Assembly (NCBI GenBank): GCA_026025795.1
Contig: JAPEUG010000027.1
Location: 1-64,000 of the forward strand
Source of the DNA: Thelocarpon superellum
Taxonomy: Eukaryota
Direction of reading: 5' to 3'
DNA length: 64,000 nt
A program made the translations under genes and the position numbers. Under the pieces are notes generated by a model that saw nothing but the letters and a program-made list of their open reading frames with translations, made no database searches and had not been told where the DNA came from. Shown in pieces: positions 60,489 to 64,000 of this stretch. The stretch's first letter is position 1; each line of letters starts with the position of its first letter.

Positions 60489-63400
60489 ATTACCCCCTTC
60501 CTTAGCACTCTGTTCTAGGAGTGCACACAGCTATTCACCTACTGCTATTGAACTGGTTGGCCCTGTGGGGTGGTTGTCAATAGCACTATAGGGCTAGGGC
60601 AATGTGTTGTTGTTGTGTTGTAGTGAATTGCTACTAATTTGCACATTGTTGATATTTGTTGTAGGTCTGTTGACACTCTGCTTCTTCTATAGCTTCTTTG
60701 TCAACTAGGATCTCAATCTGCAATCATTGTAGCTTCTTTGTTCAAGGATATCCTGTGTTTGTTCTACTCCTGTTCTGCTTCCATCAATCCACTTCTGCCT
60801 CTGTTCTGCTTTTGCTGAACCTTACAATGTCTGCTGTATTGCCTGAGTAGGTGGCTGCACCCAGCCTGCCTCCTGTGTTGGATCAGAGTACCTGTCAACA
60901 CTGCATCAAGTGGATCAGCCACAACCATGGCTATAGGTGCTATAAGCCTAATCTGTATAGGAAGTGCAATAGGTGCTAAACCACTGGGCACCCCTGTCTC
61001 TTGGTACATTGATTGCTCTGCTGTGTAGCTGTGCTGATTTGTTGACTAGATTCTGATGAAGTTTGTGGGATAGGTGAACACCATCTTCTGGCTGCAAGAG
61101 TAGTACATGAACTTGCTCCTTTATCCTCCTACTAACACTATTACAGCAGAATTGCAGCTAGAGACCTATAGGTCTAGCCTACTGCTCCACATCTCAAAGT
61201 TCTGTTCTACTGTTGAATTCAACAAGTGTGGACAGTGTGACAGTAGTGCTCTTCTCACTGTGACTAAGTATTCAAACTTCCTCCTAATAGAGATCCTAAA
61301 CCAGCTGTGCTACTTAGTAGGTGTCTGCATTGTCTCTACTGCTTGCTAGGTGTTGCTCACATTGTGGTAGAATCGATTCCCTGCAGTCTACCCATTTGGT
61401 CCTGATGAGGACCTAGACCTTCTAGACAAACCACTTGAGGGTGAGGCTACTCCTCAAGTGTATAGTTTCACAATTGGCAGAGTCAACCCTAGCACAAACC
61501 CTAGCTCTCGATCTGCTGGGTGTTGTGGACATGGGCGCAGATCGACCCAAGACACTCTATCATCTCTGTTGTCTATCATCTCAACCCCAAGCCAAGGTCC
61601 TTTAGAGGGAACAATGACCTTAGAACCATCCCCAAGCGCTAGCTGCTAGGCCTTGTGGTCTGCAACTCCTTGCACCCTGCACAGCTAAATGGTGTCCAGC
61701 GCTTCCCACATGGCTCTTGACAGAGCCAAGGCCTCCTATTGTCCTCTAGCTGACAACTAGCTACTTGTTGGTTACACCTTGCAGGTCCTTTCCTGTTAAG
61801 GTGATCTTTGTATCTCCTGCTGTGTGGTTGGGCCCTAGGCCCCCAGCCACTAGGAGCTAAGCCCACATGCCACTAGCTTCCTAGGTTGCTGCACCTTCCC
61901 TATAGAGGGACTGAATCCATTCTTAATCAACTGCCTAGTGTTGTGCCTGTAATTGTCTTGTAGAAGCTGTAGGATGCTCATGTTGATGTTGTTTAAACTC
62001 ATTGAGTAGGTCTTGTGAGTGTAGCAGGTCTTCCTTAGGCACCTAGGAGTTGTGAGCCTCTAAGTAGCCTTTCCATCATATGAGGTAGAGCTGCTTCCTA
62101 TACTGCTTGTGTTCTGCTAGTATGGACTCTATTTCCCATTTGTCTTTGCTGTTGATCTAGATAGGGCCTGGTTGCTCCTCATTGCTGTTGTCTCTCTGCC
62201 TGTGGGGTTCCAATAGAGAGACATGGAACACAGGGTGTATCTTGCCCAGCTTGCTCCCTAGGTCCAATCAGTAGGCCTGCCTACCTACTGCTTCCAATAT
62301 GCAGAACAGGCTATGGTATTTCACATCAAGCTTCTTGCTTGGTCTTGTAGAGCAGATGTTGTGTGCTGATAGCCACACCTGCTGTCCAACTGTATATGTC
62401 ATTTGCTTTGTCTTGTGATTGTAGTATCTAGCCTGTGTTTTCTAGGCTTCCTAGAGCTGCTGTGCAAGTTCCTCTCATAGCTCCTGTAGGTGGCTAACCC
62501 TCTGTGTGACATCTGGGACCTTGCAAGGGGGTGGATCCCTAGTCAGGTCAAGCACAGGGTTGTAGCTGTACATCACATAGAACAGTGATACTCCTAACAA
62601 GGTGTGGCAACTGTTGTTGTAGGAGAATTCAGCTAGGGGTAGCCATTGGACCCAATTGTCTTGATGCTAGTTAACATAGCTACAAAGGTATTGCTTAAGC
62701 ATTTGGTTCTGTCATTCCATCTGTCCATCTGTTTGTAGATGGAACACAGAGCTCAAGCAGCACTTGATCCTTGTGTAGTAGCACAGCACAGACCAGAAGC
62801 TTGCTGTGAACACTGTGCCTCTGTTAGAGACTATGGAGCTTGGTAGCCCATATCTGCTAACAACCTGCTCAATGAAGACATCTGCCAGCTCAGGCATGTC
62901 AATTGTCTTGCAAACTGCAATGTAGCACACCATTTTGGTGAAGTGGTCCATGACAACTAAGATGAAGTTGTAGGCCTTCCTGCTGCTACCACTTAGGGGT
63001 AGGTTGGTGACAAAATCCATGGTTAGGTCTTTCCATGGTTCCAATGGTGGAGAAAGCAATTGTAGCTCTCCATACTGCTTGTGCCTTGCTAGCTTCATTC
63101 TTCTACACATGGTGTAGGTAAGGATGTACTCCTTGATGTCCTAGGCCACAGTAGGCCAGCTGTACTTTCACTAGACCAGTTCTGTAGTCCTGCATACACC
63201 AAAGTGCTCTGCTAAGGGGTTATTGTAGTAGGTTCACATAACCTCCAAGTGTCCTGCTCCCTGAGCAGGGACATACAGGCACCCCTTGTGGAGCACAAGG
63301 CTGTCTGTGTCCTTGCTCCACATCTCTGTAGGGCTGTTGTGTCCTTGCATCAACATATCAGCATTGTCTTGCAGGAAGCCCTTCTGTGTCATATGTACAA

Positions 63401-64000
63401 TGTCAGGGTCTGCTTGCTACAGTTCTGCAAGGACCTTGCAGAAATCACTTGTAGCTTCACCATAAGCTGTCTTGGTGTGTGATGCCACAATCACTGTTTG
63501 TTGTGGTGTAATGCACACATGGCTGCCACTGCTAACCATCAGGGCAAGCACTGCTACTCCACCTAGTTCACCTATCACATAGGGTTGGTTGTGGCTAGCC
63601 ATAGTATTGATGAACCACATGGGAGTTCCCTGCTTAGGGGCAGTGGCTTGCTTGTAGTCTGGATGTCTCAATAGAGTGTTGGCTAGGTTCAATCTCCCTA
63701 GTTGATGTATGATTTGGAAGTCATATTTGGATAGGTTGCTATACCACCTCTTGTGGTGTCCACTCAGCATCTTAGCTAAGGTGAATGTGTAGAGATTGTT
63801 GTGATCTGTCACTACCTTGATCTAGTGTGCTGCACCCTAGAGGTAGTGTCTCTACTGTGCAAACACTGCAACAATTGCTAGCATCTCCAGGTTGCCTGTA
63901 TTGTAGTTGTACTTAGTATCTCTAAGCTTGTGTGAGTAGAATGCAATAGGTTGCTATTAGTGGTATAGCCTCTTGTCTTCCTAGTGCTACTGGCACAGGA
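60232..64000 (-). mobile_element. Nested degenerate chromoviral Ty3/gypsy element (RNase H, integrase, chromodomain, 3' region, PPT, 3' LTR); continues beyond the window
   Basis: Minus strand: PIAFYSHKL..EMLAIV..TDHNNL (RNase H); HFG..C zinc finger remnant; PWKDLTMDFVTNLP..HLQTDGQME (integrase); WEIESIL..LYLI*WKGY (chromodomain, ~62050-62140); purine tract AAGGAAGGGGGT immediately before the LTR. Confidence 0.92.

Noticed and set aside
1..64000. CRISPR arrays, rRNA, prokaryotic operons or defence systems
   Set aside because: The sequence is a spliceosomal-intron-containing fungal chromosome; no repeat-spacer array or rRNA signature seen.

Overview
Eukaryotic, GC-rich, intron-containing DNA from a filamentous ascomycete (Pezizomycotina-type genes; short GT-AG introns with CTRAC branch sites). 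Positions ~1-57.4 kb are gene-dense euchromatin. Conserved genes there are a class VI/ChsD-type chitin synthase, UPF2, FTA1/CENP-L, an aspartic-protease-like protein, a SulP/STAS transporter, POM33, septin CDC3, EXO70, SRP68, the PPR protein CYA5/PET309, an Atos/FAM214-like protein, FYV7, a rhodanese and ERG5. An accessory-looking block at ~10-23 kb holds a broken secreted RNase-T1-fold gene, an F-box-like/Cys-rich gene, a tandem-RING gene, a triple Myb-like gene, a PhiA-like secreted protein and a GH18 resembling basidiomycete enzymes. From 57,461 to the end is a hypermutated, CpG-depleted nest of two Ty3/gypsy LTR retrotransposons. The outer element has a 90-bp LTR, and a less-mutated solo copy of that LTR with a 4-bp TSD lies at 45,815-45,905. 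The inner chromovirus carries ~1.5 kb of extra coding-like sequence after its chromodomain. All identifications come from motif recognition by eye; no database searches were run.
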